Below are positions 1-14,230 of a DNA stretch of 64,000 nt, piece after piece. The notes below the pieces were generated by a model. The model ran no database searches. It saw nothing but the letters and a program-made list of their open reading frames with translations, and had not been told where the DNA came from. The translations under genes and the position numbers were made by a program. Every line of letters starts with the position of its first letter. Position 1 is the stretch's first letter. Origin of the DNA: Eledone cirrhosa (Eukaryota); assembly GCA_964016885.1 (NCBI GenBank), contig OZ024747.1, forward strand, positions 61,690,001 through 61,754,000, given 5' to 3'.

Positions 1-204
1 ATTAAAATAAAAAAGAAATTCTGAAACCAAAATCATCCTAGATTTATTTTTTCTTTCTAGAGATCCATGAAGGAGAAAAATAACAGGTTTAACTCAAAGG
101 TTTTATATATAATATTTCAATAACAATCCTGGAAGTTTAAATGTAGAATTTTCTATATGCAATATATCGCCTATAAGTTCATATGTACTTTTTTTCTATG
201 TGAC

Positions 205-390
205 TGTACATAGCCTAGTGGTTAAGTTGTTCAACGCACAATTGCAATAACATAAGAATGATTCCTGGCAGTGGGTTGATCCTTGAGCAAGACTTTTTAT
301 TTCTGTTTCACATTATTGCTGTTCACTCAGCTGTCAAAATGAGCTGTAATTCAAAGGACTATGTGTATCAAATGCTGAATCTCCCTGAGG
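205..390 (+). mobile_element. Degenerate tRNA-derived CORE-type SINE head/body
   Basis: A-box-like TAGCCTAGTGGTTAAG, then CCTTGAGCAAGAC...TTTCACATT...ACTCAGCTG matching the younger SINE copies at 10045 and 54421. Confidence 0.6.
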
Positions 391-429
391 TCTATATTAC
401 ACATGTTTGAGGAATGCTCAGCCACTTGC

Positions 430-715
430 ATATATATATGCACTCACATATACACTCACCAAAACACGCACACACATCCACCAAAATACACATACACACA
501 CCAGAACACACACAAAAACATACATACATGCACCAAAATACACATACATCCACCAAATTACACATATGCACACACATGCACACACCAAAACACACATGCA
601 CACTCCCACTTCCACCCCTACCCCACATACTCTCTCCCCCCAAACACCCACCCACCCCCACACACACACTCTCCCCCTGCTACCCCTCCCCACACTCAGC
701 CATCCCCCACCAGAG
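430..715. repeat. CA-rich degenerate microsatellite
   Basis: (CA)n/CACAT low complexity. Confidence 0.85.
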
Positions 716-779
716 AGCTCCCATGTACTTTAAAGATTCCCCATCAAACTGTGACAACCCTAACCCCTTATTTTTTTAG

Positions 780-824
780 GAACTCCTCATCAAAGGACCT
801 TGATCGAAGCACATTTCACATCAT
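780..824 (+). other. Candidate 45-nt microexon of an unidentified host gene
   Basis: CCCTAAC branch-like motif (758-764), T-tract, AG acceptor (778-779), GTTAGT donor (825); length divisible by 3, two frames open; no homology recognised. Confidence 0.25.
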
Positions 825-880
825 GTTAGTGTGAAACTGAAATTAAAAGGATAATTAAGAATTGATAATTAGCAGTAAAG

Positions 881-882
881 GC

Positions 883-915
<33 letters not shown>

Positions 916-1165
916 GGTGGTGGTGGTGGTGGTGGTAGTAGTAGCAGCAGTAGTAGTAGTAGTAGTAGCAGTAGTAGTAGTAGCAGTAGTAGTAGTAGTA
1001 GTAGTGGTAGTGGTGGTGGTGGTGGTGGTGGTGGTGGTGGTGGTAGTTGTGGTGGTAGTAGTAGAAGCAGTAGTAGTAGTAGCAGCAGTAGTAGTAGTAG
1101 CAGTAGTAGTAGTACTAGTAGCAGCAGTAGTAACAGTAGTAGTAGTAGTAGTAGCAGCAGTAGTA
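881..1165. repeat. (GTA)n/(GGT)n trinucleotide microsatellite
   Basis: Direct inspection. Confidence 0.95.
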
Positions 1166-1741
1166 CATGTCTCACCACCACCATATCCTCCTCCCATTCC
1201 TCATCATATGCCACTCCCACCATGCCCTTCCTCTGTAATTGACAGGTGTTATTTCCAGGAAGAGGAAAAAAATGTTTCATAAATTTACTCAAAACACACT
1301 CGAAAACCAAAATAAAATATAATAAAATAAGATAAAATGAGATAAAACAAAATCAAATAAAATAAGGTAAACCCATCAAACATGTTTTCTGGTTGCAGGG
1401 GGGGGGGGGGAGAAAATTATGATAGAGAGAGAAAGGAGAAAATTTATTTGTGTTTGTATGGGTTTGCTGGATCTGCAAATAAGCCCATAGCAGTGGAGAC
1501 ATCCGGTGTCCTTAAGGGTTGGATTTATACCTAAGTGTGCCCGAGGAATGTCAGGTTGGGGCGCTCATACACAAAATATTAGAATACACAGCAAACCCCC
1601 CCAAAATTTTACATATCAAAGTTAGCTTGGCGCAAGTAATTGGAATTGAAAATTTATACACACAGGTATTAAATCACAAAATTCTAACGATCCTAAAACT
1701 AAAAGGCCCATGATGGGGCACCACCGTTGTTGCTACACATT

Positions 1742-2100
1742 CTATCTCCAGCCTATGTTGGCTGGCCATTGGTGTAAGAGGGAGTTCATTGCTGCTGCCC
1801 TTAGGTTACCTTTGTACCATGCTGTGGGCTCATCCAGGATCCTGGATAGCAGGGTGTCGAGATGTTTCTTGAAAACATCCACGTCCACACCATGCAGATC
1901 TCTCAAATTTCTTGGCAGCTTGTTGAAGAGTTGAGGGCCTTTGAATCCCAGGCTATTGCAATATCTGCTCTTTATTCTAGATGTAGAAGACGGAATCTTT
2001 GGCACCACACAGTGACGTCCTGTTCGGGGGTTGGTCCAGCTCTCAATGCCAAAGTTTGGTGCTGGCACCTCCAGGATTTTCCATATGTATATCACTGTAT
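1742..2100 (-). mobile_element. 3' fragment of CR1-group LINE ORF2 (C-terminus after RT)
   Basis: IYIWKILE..PNFGI...RTGRHC.VP...NSLGFKGPQLFNKLP.NLRD....VDVFKKHLD.LL..I.DEP is typical of CR1/L2-group ORF2 ends; 5' truncated; 3' UTR may extend to ~1455. Confidence 0.75.
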
Positions 2101-2764
2101 TTTTTAGTGGGATCAACTGCAGTATCTAATGTGAAGTCATGGGATTTTTACTGCATATAACAACAACACTAACAAAACCAACAACAAAAACATCATTAAC
2201 AAGAGTTTAAAGCCATCATTCCTGCTAAATATGTAACATATTCAAGTGAACAACCCCACTATTGGGTCAAGATACACCAAAGAAAAATGCCACCTTCACC
2301 TGTAATGTTGTACTCCAGGTATGTCAGCTAAATAGATCATATCTCTTTGTTTATTTCTCTCTCTCTCCTTCTCTTTATTTCTATCTCCTTTATCTCACTC
2401 TCTCTCTCTCTCTCCTTCTCTCTCTATATATATATATGTATATATATTAACAATATCCTGATTTGTTCAGACTAAGATTGTTGTTGAGTGCAATAGAATT
2501 ACAGAATGTAATTCTGTAAATCAGAATGTACTGGAGTATGGAAGAAAACATTATTTTTTTAACATCAATATTATTTATTTAATGTGAACTCTCTAGTGAA
2601 AGAGATTTATTTACTATAACTCCACTGGTTTTATTGTTATCTGATGTATTGAGAGAATTACTGTAGGTAGATCAGTTGATCTTATCCTCTTTAGCAAACT
2701 GTTATTGAGAAAAACACACTAAATCTTTCTATCTAACTATATATCTTTATTGTTTTGCTATAAC

Positions 2765-3093
2765 CAGGGCCTGATTTAATGGTAAACAAAAACAACTCCA
2801 TGCTGATGGTGGTGAGTAGGGAGGTGGGCCTAGAATGCTAGTGCCAGATTTAATAGGGGGTAAAGGGGGCAATTGCCCCGAGGGAGGGTGGCCTGCAATT
2901 TATTTGTGCCCTCAGCTGGGCGTTTTTAGTTTTAGGATGGTTAGATTTTTTAAATTTGATACCTGTATGTATAACTTTTCAATTCCAATTACTTGCACCA
3001 AGCTAACTTTGATATGTAAAATGGGGGGAGGGGGGTTCTGTGTATAAGGGGCCACCCAAACATTTAGACCCCGAAGGTTTAAATCCGACCCTG
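2765..3093. mobile_element. hAT-like non-autonomous element (MITE)
   Basis: TIRs CAGGGCCTGATTTAA / TTAAATCCGACCCTG (13/15); a second end-like motif at ~2840; 8-bp TSD only imperfect and offset (GCTATAAC vs ACTATAAC). Confidence 0.55.
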
Positions 3094-3249
3094 TAACTAT
3101 AACTACTGACTTGTTTCTACTGTTTAATTCAGGGCAGAAAGGCAGGGCCTATGAGCGAGAACCTCAGAGACTGATGGAAGGGAGGAAGAGAGAAAAGTAT
3201 CCTCAGACATACAGATCTGGATTGTTTGCAATTGTATTGACTCCATTAA

Positions 3250-3457
3250 CCCTTCAGCCTTTAAACCGGCCATATCCGGCCAGAATTCTCTGAACTCATT
3301 CTGTTCAAGCCAGCCATAACTGGTCACTCATACTGATGTTAAGAAATTGTTCTCAAAATAAATAATATCAAAATCTCATAGATTCGAAACTATGTGAGAT
3401 AATTAATTTACCATGAAAATACAATAGTAAATATAGAGTAATGTAAATGTTAAAGGG
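3250..3457 (+). mobile_element. piggyBac-like MITE, copy 1
   Basis: TTAA|CCCTT...AAGGG|TTAA; second copy in reverse at 9456-9675 shares TTTAAACCGGCCATATCCGGCCAGA. Confidence 0.8.
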
Positions 3458-3847
3458 TTAAAGGCACCCAGGGGCCAAGTGATGGTGTTAAAGTAGACAA
3501 GAAATTAAGTCTACCACCCAGTATTAGAATAAAGCAATTTTTAATCTGATGCAGTCATAGTGCTACATCATGTGATTTGTTAATTGAAATATTTATAGTA
3601 TCTTCACTACTTGACAGATTGTTGTGGAAATTTGCCTTATTAGAGTAAAGGCTGCCATTTTTAATGTTATGGAGTCATCGTGCTATTTTGTACTTTTCAT
3701 GAATCTCTTGTTAATGCTGTTCTATTTGGTACAGGATATTAAGAGTTAAATTAAAACATACAAATAATTACAGACCCAGCTAACCTACATCAGTTTGGGT
3801 GGAGAAGGAAAAATAAACACATTATCTTACTATTACTTGATAAAAAC

Positions 3848-3868
3848 AATATATATATATATACATAC

Positions 3869-3905
<37 letters not shown>

Positions 3906-3913
3906 CAGACAGA

Positions 3914-3961
<48 letters not shown>

Positions 3962-4143
3962 GAGAGAAGGAGACAGTGTGTGAGAGAGAAAGGATGGAGC
4001 AACAGAAGGACTGTGGGAGAGAGAGAAAGAGAGAGAGAAGGTGAAATTGGTCTCATTATTCACAGTAATGGTTATTTAAAAGCTGCCATACATCATCTTA
4101 AATTAAATTGTGTAGTTATGTTTCTATATATATTTATTTATGT

Positions 4144-4182
<39 letters not shown>

Positions 4183-4420
4183 TACATACATATATATACA
4201 TACATACACACACACACATACATACATACATACATACATACATAGACATATGCATACGTTCATACATACACACATACATACATACATACATACATAGACA
4301 TACATACATGCATACGTTCATACATACATACACACACATACATACATATATACATACACACACACATATAAACATTCATGGCAACATATATACACACATA
4401 CATATATACACATATACACC
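3848..4420. repeat. Compound (TA)/(GA)/(GT)/(CATA) microsatellites
   Basis: Direct inspection. Confidence 0.9.
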
Positions 4421-4539
4421 TCCTCACCTAAGAGGAAAAAATGTAAACTGTTTTAAAATGTTGTTGTTTTAGTTGTTGAAGAATATGAAAACATAAATAC
4501 ATAAACCTGTATCCAATATTAATAGTCAAATATTTATAT

Positions 4540-5465
4540 TTTTGCTGTTCAAGTATTAAAGCTTACACCTCTTACTTGCACGGTTTTCTTCATGTTTTTA
4601 GGATGGGCTGGGGGAAGATAGATTCTCTGTTTGTCCTGTAAGGTCTAAACTGCTCTTAAATTATGGTCGAGAATGAATTAATGGAAGTTTATTGCCAGAA
4701 GATGGGTGGCAGGGAGGAGAGGAGGGTACTGGCAGATCCAGTGTACTACTGTACACAACTACTACAACAACAACCGCAGCAGCAGCAACAACAACAATAT
4801 CCATAGAAATTGACAAATTCCTCTGATGATTGATTTGCATCTCCCATAACTTAACCAAAATCGATTTTAAGTTGTGGTCCTTCAAATCATGAAATAGCAC
4901 TATAAGGAATAACAACTTAGCTAAGATAAGGGCCTTATTTAAGAGTATGGGGGAAATAGAAGCATAGTAATTGTCTGTGTCAAAGTGGATGAATTTCAGA
5001 GCTGCCTTATCAGGTAGGTCTATGAACCATTTAATGACCTGGTCGGTATTGTTCCAGAGACAGACTTTAGCTTTACTATTAAGTTCAGGTATTATTCTAT
5101 TGAGGATCACTTTGCTAATCCTACCTATATCTGAAGTGGAGGGGCATATTAATCTGATGGAGGGGCTTTCATTAAAATTATATTTGGGATCTTTAAGAGA
5201 ATTTAGGTGTCATAGGTACATAAGGGTTAGTGTATTTATCTATATCTAAGCTAGTTACTATATCTTTCACTAATCTATTAATGTCATTTAAAGTACCAAT
5301 AGGCGTTTTCATGTAGTTTTTGTTTAATTCATTATAAATAAATTGTCTGTATCTGCTTACATCCAACTTATACAGGTTCTTAGTTTTATCAGAGGCAACG
5401 AAAAGGTGTCTGTCGTTCCTGATCTTAGTGATGAGAGAGTCCATGGACATCAGGAACGAATTACC
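4540..5465 (-). mobile_element. Penelope-like element (Naiad-like) reverse transcriptase remnant, disrupted
   Basis: [15 protein letters not shown]...PSIRLICP..SDIGRISKVIL, LWNNTDQVIKWF, KFIHFDTDNYYASIS match PLE RT N-terminal motifs (4920-5460); a weak SKRCKL near 4575 may be the GIY-YIG C-terminus; 5' end abuts (TA)n. Confidence 0.75.
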
Positions 5466-5482
5466 ATATGTATATATATACA

Positions 5483-5722
<240 letters not shown>

Positions 5723-5847
5723 TTGCCAATAAGAAACACACGCACCAGTTGCTTTCACTTCAATTTATTATAAATTAAATTTATAAATTTAGGAATTTAT
5801 AAATTTCCGGTTGGTTGGTTCCACAACCAGACGATTGTTCATATATT

Positions 5848-5890
5848 GTCAAAGTTCTTTCATCACACATTCTGTGACCTCTTCAGTGAC
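5848..5890 (-). ncRNA. Minimal type I hammerhead ribozyme motif
   Basis: Minus strand: GUCA-CUGAAGA-G-GUCACA(GAAUG)UGUGAU-GAAA-GAAC-UU-UGAC; stems I and II pair, CUU triplet. Confidence 0.7.
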
Positions 5891-5978
5891 TGGGGATTCT
5901 TTTCTTTGTTTTTGTGCCTCTCCTTTGTTCTGTCCTATGCCATCTTGTTTTTGTGTGTGTATGTATATATATATATAT

Positions 5979-6027
<49 letters not shown>

Positions 6028-6269
6028 ATTTGAAGCCTTCATTGAATTTAGTGGTGGGGTGGGGGTCTTACTTGCAATCCTTCTGCTGAATTATACATGT
6101 ATTTTTCAAGCCCTTTATTAAACAACTAGAACACTACAACAGAACATTAAACTATATATTTTTTTGAATATTAGAAAAATTGTATAGTTCGTAGTTTGAT
6201 GGCCAAAGTTATTGCGTCGTTCAGCTTACTCCATCATTATACCTATTTTTTTAAGGCCATTAGTTATGA

Positions 6270-6987
6270 AATATATAAATATATAAATATAACTATATAA
6301 ATATAAATACATAAATATATAGATATATAACTATATAAATATATAGATATATAACTATATAGATATATAACTATATAAATATATAGATATATAACTATAT
6401 AAATATATAGATATATATAACTATATAACTTTATAGATATATAACTATATAATATATAGATATATATAACTATATAGATATATAACTATATAAATATATA
6501 CATATATAAATATATAGATATATAACTATATAAATATATAAATATATAGATATATAACTATATAACTATATAAATATATAAATATATAAATATATAACTA
6601 TATAACTATATAAATATATAGATATATAACTATATAAATATATAACTATATAACTATATAAATATATAACTATATAGATATATAACTATATAAATATATA
6701 AATATATGACTATATAACTATATAAATATATAGATATATAACTATATAACTATATAACTATATAAATATATAGATATATAACTATATAAATATATAGATA
6801 TATAACTATATAACTATATAAATATATAGATATATAACTATATAACTATATAGATATATAACTATATAACTATATAAATATATAGATATATAACTATATA
6901 ACTATATAAATATATAGATATATAACTATATAACTATATAAATATATAAATATATAGATATATAACTATATAACTATATAAATATAT
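6270..6987. repeat. AT-rich satellite of TATAAC/TATAGA/TATAAA units
   Basis: Direct inspection. Confidence 0.9.
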
Positions 6988-7074
6988 GCCAAAATTATCT
7001 GAATATTTTCAGGTTTACATGCACTCAATAATTTTGAATGTATTTCTTTTTTGTCTCTCTTTACACATCATAAA

Positions 7075-7115
7075 GTCATTATAATCATCATCACCACCAC
7101 CACCACCACCATCAC

Positions 7116-7156
<41 letters not shown>

Positions 7157-7300
7157 CCACCACCACCACCACCATCACCATCATCATCATCATCATCACC
7201 ATCACCACCACCACCATCACCATAGTGTGCCATCACTACCATCATTATCATCATTATCATCATCACCACCATCATCATCACCATCATCATCACCATCATC

Positions 7301-7332
<32 letters not shown>

Positions 7333-7411
7333 CACCATCATCATCATCACCACCACCACCACCACCACCACCACCACCATCATCATCATCATCGCCATCA
7401 CTACCATCATT

Positions 7412-7442
<31 letters not shown>

Positions 7443-7971
7443 ACAACATCATCATCATGGCCATTATCATCATCATCCTCGTCATCATCACCATCACTAC
7501 CAGCATCATCTCCATCATCAATATCATCATCATCATCATCCTCATTTTTTTTCATCATCACCATCACAATCATCATCTTCAATATCATCGCCACCACCAC
7601 CACCACCACCATCACCACCATCAGCAGCAGCGTTATGATCATGGCCACCATCATCATCATCACTACTATAACCACCGCCATCATCATCACAATCATCATC
7701 ATCATCATCACTAACAGTGCTATCATTACTATCACCACCACCACAATCATCCTCATCATCATCATCTTCAACATCACCATCATCATCACCATCATCACCA
7801 ACATCACCATCACTACCAGAGCTATCACTACTATCACAACCACCACCATTATCATCATCATCATCATCATCATCATCAACATCACTATCATTACTAGTGC
7901 TATCACTACTACCACCACTACCACCACCATCACCATCACCATCATCATCACCATCATCATCACCATCATCG

Positions 7972-8018
<47 letters not shown>

Positions 8019-8312
8019 GTTGTCACCATCATATTCACCATCATATTCACCATCATCGTCATCATCATCATCAACAACATCACCATCATCACTATCATTA
8101 CCAGTGCTATCACTATTATCACCACTACCACCACCACCATCAACATCAATATCATCATTACCACTATCAATAACATCATCACCACCATCATCACTATCAT
8201 TACCAGTGCTATCACTATTATCACCACTACCACCACCACCACCATCATCACCACCATCATCATCAATATCACCATCATTACCACTATCAATATCACCATC
8301 ATCACCATCATC
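7075..8312. repeat. (CAT)n/(CAC)n trinucleotide array with higher-order AGTGCTATCACT units
   Basis: Direct inspection. Confidence 0.9.
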
Positions 8313-8783
8313 ATGTGTTCACATAGAGATAAAGCCATTTACAAATTACAAAGCACATCACATTCCAATCTAATTTTATTCTCTTGCAATGATATTTACC
8401 AGAATGTAATTCCCAAAAAACCTCATTCAGTAAAAACAACCAGAATTGCTAACATTTTTTTGTCTTTCTCCTCTCGATAAATTTTAGCATTAAAATAGAT
8501 TTTGAAATTTCCGCAATGTTGATTATAGGTTGGAAAAGCCCAAAAACCATTGGTATGGGCCACTAAAATAGAATATTTAATATTTTAAGAGATGAAATTC
8601 ATCTCTTTCTTTACCAACCGAACATGATTTAAAATTATATATTTGTGCGTGTATTTTTATATATATACACACACATATATATATACATGTATATATTTAT
8701 ATGTATACATACACATGCATAAACACACACATATATACATAGATACATAATTACACACACACACATATATATATATGTGTAAT

Positions 8784-8828
<45 letters not shown>

Positions 8829-9455
8829 CCCATGCTAACGTGGAAAATGGACGTTAAACGAAGATGATGATGATGATGATGATATATATATATATGTATG
8901 TATATATGCATATATATATATGTGTGTGTGTGTGTAATTATGTATATATGTGTGTGTTTATGCATGTGTATGTATATATATAAATATATACATATAGACA
9001 CACACACACCCACACTTACATATTTATATATATACATACATACATACATATGTACATATGCATATACAAATATGCTGCAACTATATGATTCACAATATTG
9101 AAAAACAAATTTTAGAGTTTGAATTAAAAAGTCTCAGATAAGGGCATGAATCAATATATTCCATTTGCGATACAGTGTGTAGGTGTAGTGGGAAAAGATC
9201 TTGTATAAGCCAAAATTAGCTGAGCTTTTGTTGAAGTTACACTCCTTAGCATAACAGAATCTTAGGGTTTCAGTTGTGCAAAAGTCACAGAAATCTTTTG
9301 TTGTAATTATAAGATTTAGCTTTTGCCAAGACGTCTCAATGTAAACCATATTGAATATTTCTGTCTTTCAAGCCAGATGTGGGCCAAAAGTGAAGTTAAA
9401 TTCCTTCTAACTGGATTTCAAATTAAATGGTTGTGTGTATGATAACTTAGTTTAA

Positions 9456-9675
9456 CCTTTAGCATTTACATTATTCTATATTTACTATTGTATTTTCACA
9501 GTAAAGGCATTATCTTACATAATTATCTCACATAATATCGAATCTACACGATTTTGATATTATTTATTTTGGGAACAATACCTTAACATAGGTATGAGTG
9601 GCCATTTACAGCTGGTTTGAACAGAGAGAGGTGAGGGAGATCTGGCCGGATATGGCCGGTTTAAATGCTAAAGGG
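9456..9675 (-). mobile_element. piggyBac-like MITE, copy 2
   Basis: TTAA flanks; TIR CCTTTAGCATTTA / TAAATGCTAAAGGG; homologous to 3250-3457. Confidence 0.8.
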
Positions 9676-9806
9676 TTAAACCTATTGGTTATTAACCTTA
9701 TGTATGCCTGGCTAGTATAAGGGGTACTAACCTTATATTTATACACTATATTACAAGATAAGCATTTCACCACTAAAGTGCAGTTGTCTCTATTTAGGAA
9801 AATAAT

Positions 9807-9994
9807 TGTTTCTACTATTGGCACAAGGCCAGCAATTACCCAGTACATTACTGGTACTTTATTTTATCAACCCCGTAAGAATGAAAGGCAAAGTTAACCT
9901 CGGCGGGATTTGAACTCAGAATGGCAAGGGCCGTAACTCTATGCGTCAAAGCATGGCGTCCAACCTTCTACCGATAATGCCAATTCACCGCCCT
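9807..9994 (-). mobile_element. tRNA-derived SINE family 1 (Meta/Sauria-like central domain)
   Basis: A/B boxes; GCCTTTCAT.CTTACGGGGT.GATAAAATAAAGTACCAG domain; 16-bp TSD TATTTAGGAAAATAAT (9791-9806, 9995-10010). Confidence 0.9.
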
Positions 9995-10044
9995 TATTTA
10001 GGAAAATAATAATAGTCAAATTTGCACCTAATTAATTAATCATG

Positions 10045-10380
10045 TGAAGGCTTAGTGGTTAGAGCATTGGGCTTGCAATCGAAAGGTTGTGAGTTCAATT
10101 TTCAGACCAGGTGATGTGTTGTTTCCTTGAGCAAGACACTTTATTTCACATTGCTCCAGTTTACTCAGCTGTAGAAATGAGATGATAGGGACTGGGGTCC
10201 CTATCATTCCACTGCAAAGTGGTCGTGGAGGTGCCACGGCAAAAAAGCACCCAGCACTCACTGTAAATGAGGTTGGTGTTAGGAAGGGCATCCAGCTGTA
10301 GAAATCGAGCCAGAATCAGTTCCCGTCCCACCCTTGCAAGCAGGGAAATACGGACGTAAAATGAAATGATGATGATGAAA
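10045..10380 (+). mobile_element. tRNA/CORE SINE family 2 with RTE-derived tail
   Basis: GGCTTAGTGGTTAGAGC...GAGTTCAATT head, CCTTGAGCAAGACACTT core, tail CCCTTGCAAGCAGGGAAA..CGGACGTAAAA(TGA)n shared with the RTE fragment at 49885. Confidence 0.9.
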
Positions 10381-10592
10381 TGATATACTGACTAACATAC
10401 TGGCTGAGTTCCTGATGAAGTCAGTTAAGAATCTTCCAAGACAGTTACAAACACTCGTGAACAACACTGGTGCCTATTTGAAATGTTAACACTTTACTGT
10501 ACTTCTACCATTATACTGTTGACAATAAATCATGTTTTATTTTATGAAAATCGTAATAATTTTAAACAGAGAGTTTTTTTTCACCTATCCTG
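10381..10592 (+). mobile_element. Probable 3' end of a Tc1/mariner-superfamily element
   Basis: EFLMKSVKNLPRQLQTLVNNTGAY resembles transposase C-termini; ends CACCTATCCTG|TA. Confidence 0.4.
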
Positions 10593-10886
10593 TATATATA
10601 TATACATATGTGTGTGTATAACGAAGGAAGCGTGCTAACCAGGTGGTTACTTATTATAATATATATATAGATGGCTGTGTTGATAAGCATTTTGCTTTAC
10701 AGCCTTGTACTTCTGGATTCTAAATAGATAGATCGATAGATAGATATTGGCATGTGGTATATGGTGTGTGTGCCTGTATATATATATATATAAATATATA
10801 TAAATTATATGATGATGATGATATATATACATACATATATATATACACACATATATGTATATATATACATATATATATATATATAT

Positions 10887-10973
10887 AACGAAGGAACTGT
10901 GGTAAGGAACCAGATGGACTATAACGCACCAGAGTACTCAATACTTAGGGTAGTAGAGTGGGTAATAGGAAAA

Positions 10974-10977
<4 letters not shown>
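10887..10977 (-). mobile_element. Truncated copy of the hairpin element family at 52688
   Basis: Near-identical to 52688-52770, embedded in (TA)n. Confidence 0.8.
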
Positions 10978-11025
<48 letters not shown>

Positions 11026-11066
11026 TACACATATATATATATATATGTGTGTTTTTATATATATAT

Positions 11067-11098
<32 letters not shown>

Positions 11099-11494
11099 AC
11101 CCTTGCAAGCAGGGAAAAGCAGACGTAAAATGAAAAAAAATATATATATATACATACACACATACACATATCTATATATATATATATACACATAAATACA
11201 TACATATACATACATACATACATACATACATACATACATACATACATACATACATACATACATACATACATACATACATACATACATAGCTGGCACTGTG
11301 ATTATAAACCACATTTCATGTCCATTTTTACATGGGTTGGACAGTTGTAGATAAAAGGACATTTTTATGCATCCCTAGTTTGTAAAGTCCGCTTCTTTGA
11401 AAACATTCATTAATTCCTCTTTGTTCTTTACTAGTTGCTGTTATTTTATTGGGGGTTTGTTGCTATTTTTGTTTGTTTGTTTGGTTGGTTTTAT

Positions 11495-12336
11495 GCATGT
11501 GTGTGTATGTGTATGGATGTGTGTATGTGTGCGTGTATGTGTGGATGTGTATATGTGTGTGTATGTGAGCGTATGTGTATGGATGTGTGTATGTGTGTGT
11601 GTGTGCATGTATGCATGTGTGTGAGTGTGTGTATGTATGTGCATGTGTGTGTATGTGTATGGACATGTGTGTGTGGATGTGTGTATGTGTGTGTGCATGA
11701 GTACATATGTTGTATGTATGTGTGAGTATGTATGCATGTGCATGTATGCATGTGTGTATGTGTATGGATGTGTGTATGTGTGGATGTGTATATGTGTGTG
11801 TATGTGCGCATATGTGTATGGATGTGTGTGTGTGTATGTGCATGTATGCATGTGTGTGTATGTGTATGTGTGTAAGGGAGTGTGTAAGTGCATGTCTGTG
11901 TAGTGTGTATGTATGTGCGAAAGTGTGTATGTGTGCATGTTTGTATGTGTGCAGTGTGTGTTTCTGTGTGTGCAAATGTGTAGTGTGTATGTATATGTGT
12001 ATATTTGTGTGCATGTGTGTGTATGTGTGTATTGTCTGTATGTGTGTATGTGTGTATGTGTGTGAGCAAGTGTGTGTGAGCAAGTGTGTGTGTTTGTCTC
12101 CAATCTTCAATCCATTCTCCACTTCAAACATATTCCCTCTCACAGAAAACAGTTCCAAATGTGAAAACAACCTCTTTTATTCCGGCACACTCCTTTAGAT
12201 CTTTATTTTTAACCAAAGATTTACAGAGAGGGAGAGGGGGGAGAGAGAGTGAGAGGAAGAGAGAGGGGTAGATAGAGCGAGATAGGGGGATAGAGAGAAG
12301 GAGAGGGGCAGAGAAGAGAGATAGGTAGATAGAGAG

Positions 12337-12380
<44 letters not shown>

Positions 12381-13635
12381 TGTTAGTTAGATAGGTAGAT
12401 AGCAAGAAAGAATGAGTGTCATATGTAGAGAGAGAGAGAGGAGGGAGGGAGAGAGAGAGGAGGGAGGGAGAGAGAGAGGAGGGAGGGAGATAGGTAGACA
12501 GAGAGAAATGGAGAGAAAAAAATGAGTGGATAGAAAGAGAAAGAGAGAAAAGGAGAGAGTGAGGTAGGTAGAAAGAGAGAGAAAGAGCGAAGGATGGGGT
12601 GAGGGATATATATATATAGAGAGAGAGGGTGAATGATATAGGCAGAGTGAGAGAGTGAGTGATATAGGTAGAGAGAAAGAGATAGGGTGAAGGAGATATG
12701 TAGAGAGAGAAAGGAGGAGAGTCGAAGAAAAAAAGAAAGAGAATGGCTGTTGAAGTATAGAGGGGAGAGAGTGTGGAGGGGGAGAGAGAGTGGAGGGGAG
12801 AAGGGGTGGGGGGTGTAATCTGTGATATTTGCTACTCAAGCCACACATCAAAACTACAAACATTTCAAAAGAAATGGCACCAGTAGTAACAGCAATGACT
12901 AAAACAACAGCAACAACAACAATGACAACAACAACAATAACAGCAATGACTAAAACAACAGCAACAACAACAATGACAACAACAACAATAACAACAGTAA
13001 TAACAACAACAATAACAACAACAACAATGACAACAACAATGACAACAACAATGACAACAGTAATAACAACAACAATAACAACAATAATAACAACAATTAC
13101 ATCATCATCAACAACGTCAACAACAACAGCAACAATATCAACAACAACATCAATAGTAGCAAGAACAATAACAACATCATGAAGAACAACAGACACAGCT
13201 GCGACAACACCAACAATAACAACAACATTAACAGTAACAACAACAGTAACAACAACAGTAACAACAACAACAACAGTAACAGCAACAACAACAACAGTAA
13301 CAACAACAACAACAGTAACAGCAACAACATCAACAGTAACAACATCAACAGTAAAAACATCATCAACAACATCAACAGTAGCAACAACAACAACAACGAC
13401 AATAACAACAACAGTAACAATAACAATAACAACAATATCACAAACAATAACAACATCAACAGTAACAACAACAATAACAACAACAGTAACGATATTAACA
13501 GTAATAACAACATCAACACTAACAACAATAACAACAGCAGTAACAACACCAATAGTAACGATAAGAGTAACAACAACATCATCAACAATAACAACAACAA
13601 CAACAACAGTAAGAATACAAACAGTACAGTAACAG
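11495..13635. repeat. Consecutive GT-rich, GA-rich and (ACA)n low-complexity arrays
   Basis: GT-rich 11495-12095; GA-rich 12225-12815; (ACA)n 12885-13635. Confidence 0.9.
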
Positions 13636-13882
13636 TAACATCAAGATTAATGTTGATTTTATGTCCCTTTAACATGGCTGCCGTTGTACAGGAAGTGAGA
13701 AATATAGCAAAAATAACTTCAACAAGTTTAACAGTAAAAGAAGATGGATGTCAGTTTTATATCTGTTTTTAGTTAAAGATACAAGAGTTTGGAGAGAACA
13801 GCAACAACAACACCAATAACATTAACACATAACAGCAATAATAACAATAACAGCTGCAACACATAAAATATATATATGGAAA

Positions 13883-13924
<42 letters not shown>

Positions 13925-13927
<3 letters not shown>

Positions 13928-14149
13928 GAGGTTATATTTAATTTGTTGGGATACAACAAGCTAAATATTTTTATAACTGATATAAAGCACTCAACAAATT
14001 ATTGGAGTAAATATACAATATATTAACAAATGGAAACTATATTTATAAAACCATATTTATTTCATTATACATATTTCAAGGGCCACCAGAGCAAATATGT
14101 ATAATGAAATAAATATGGTTTTATAAATATAGTTTCCATTTGTTAATAT

Positions 14150-14158
<9 letters not shown>
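13925..14158. mobile_element. (TA)n-embedded element ending in a perfect 66-bp fold-back
   Basis: Arms 14011-14076 and 14093-14158 are exact reverse complements, 16-nt loop. Confidence 0.8.

Positions 14159-14227
<69 letters not shown>

Positions 14228-14230
<3 letters not shown>

Noticed and set aside
9134-9349. 71-aa non-repetitive ORF
   Set aside because: No recognisable motif or splice context
10045-10120. tRNA gene
   Set aside because: A/B boxes belong to SINE heads; no full cloverleaf
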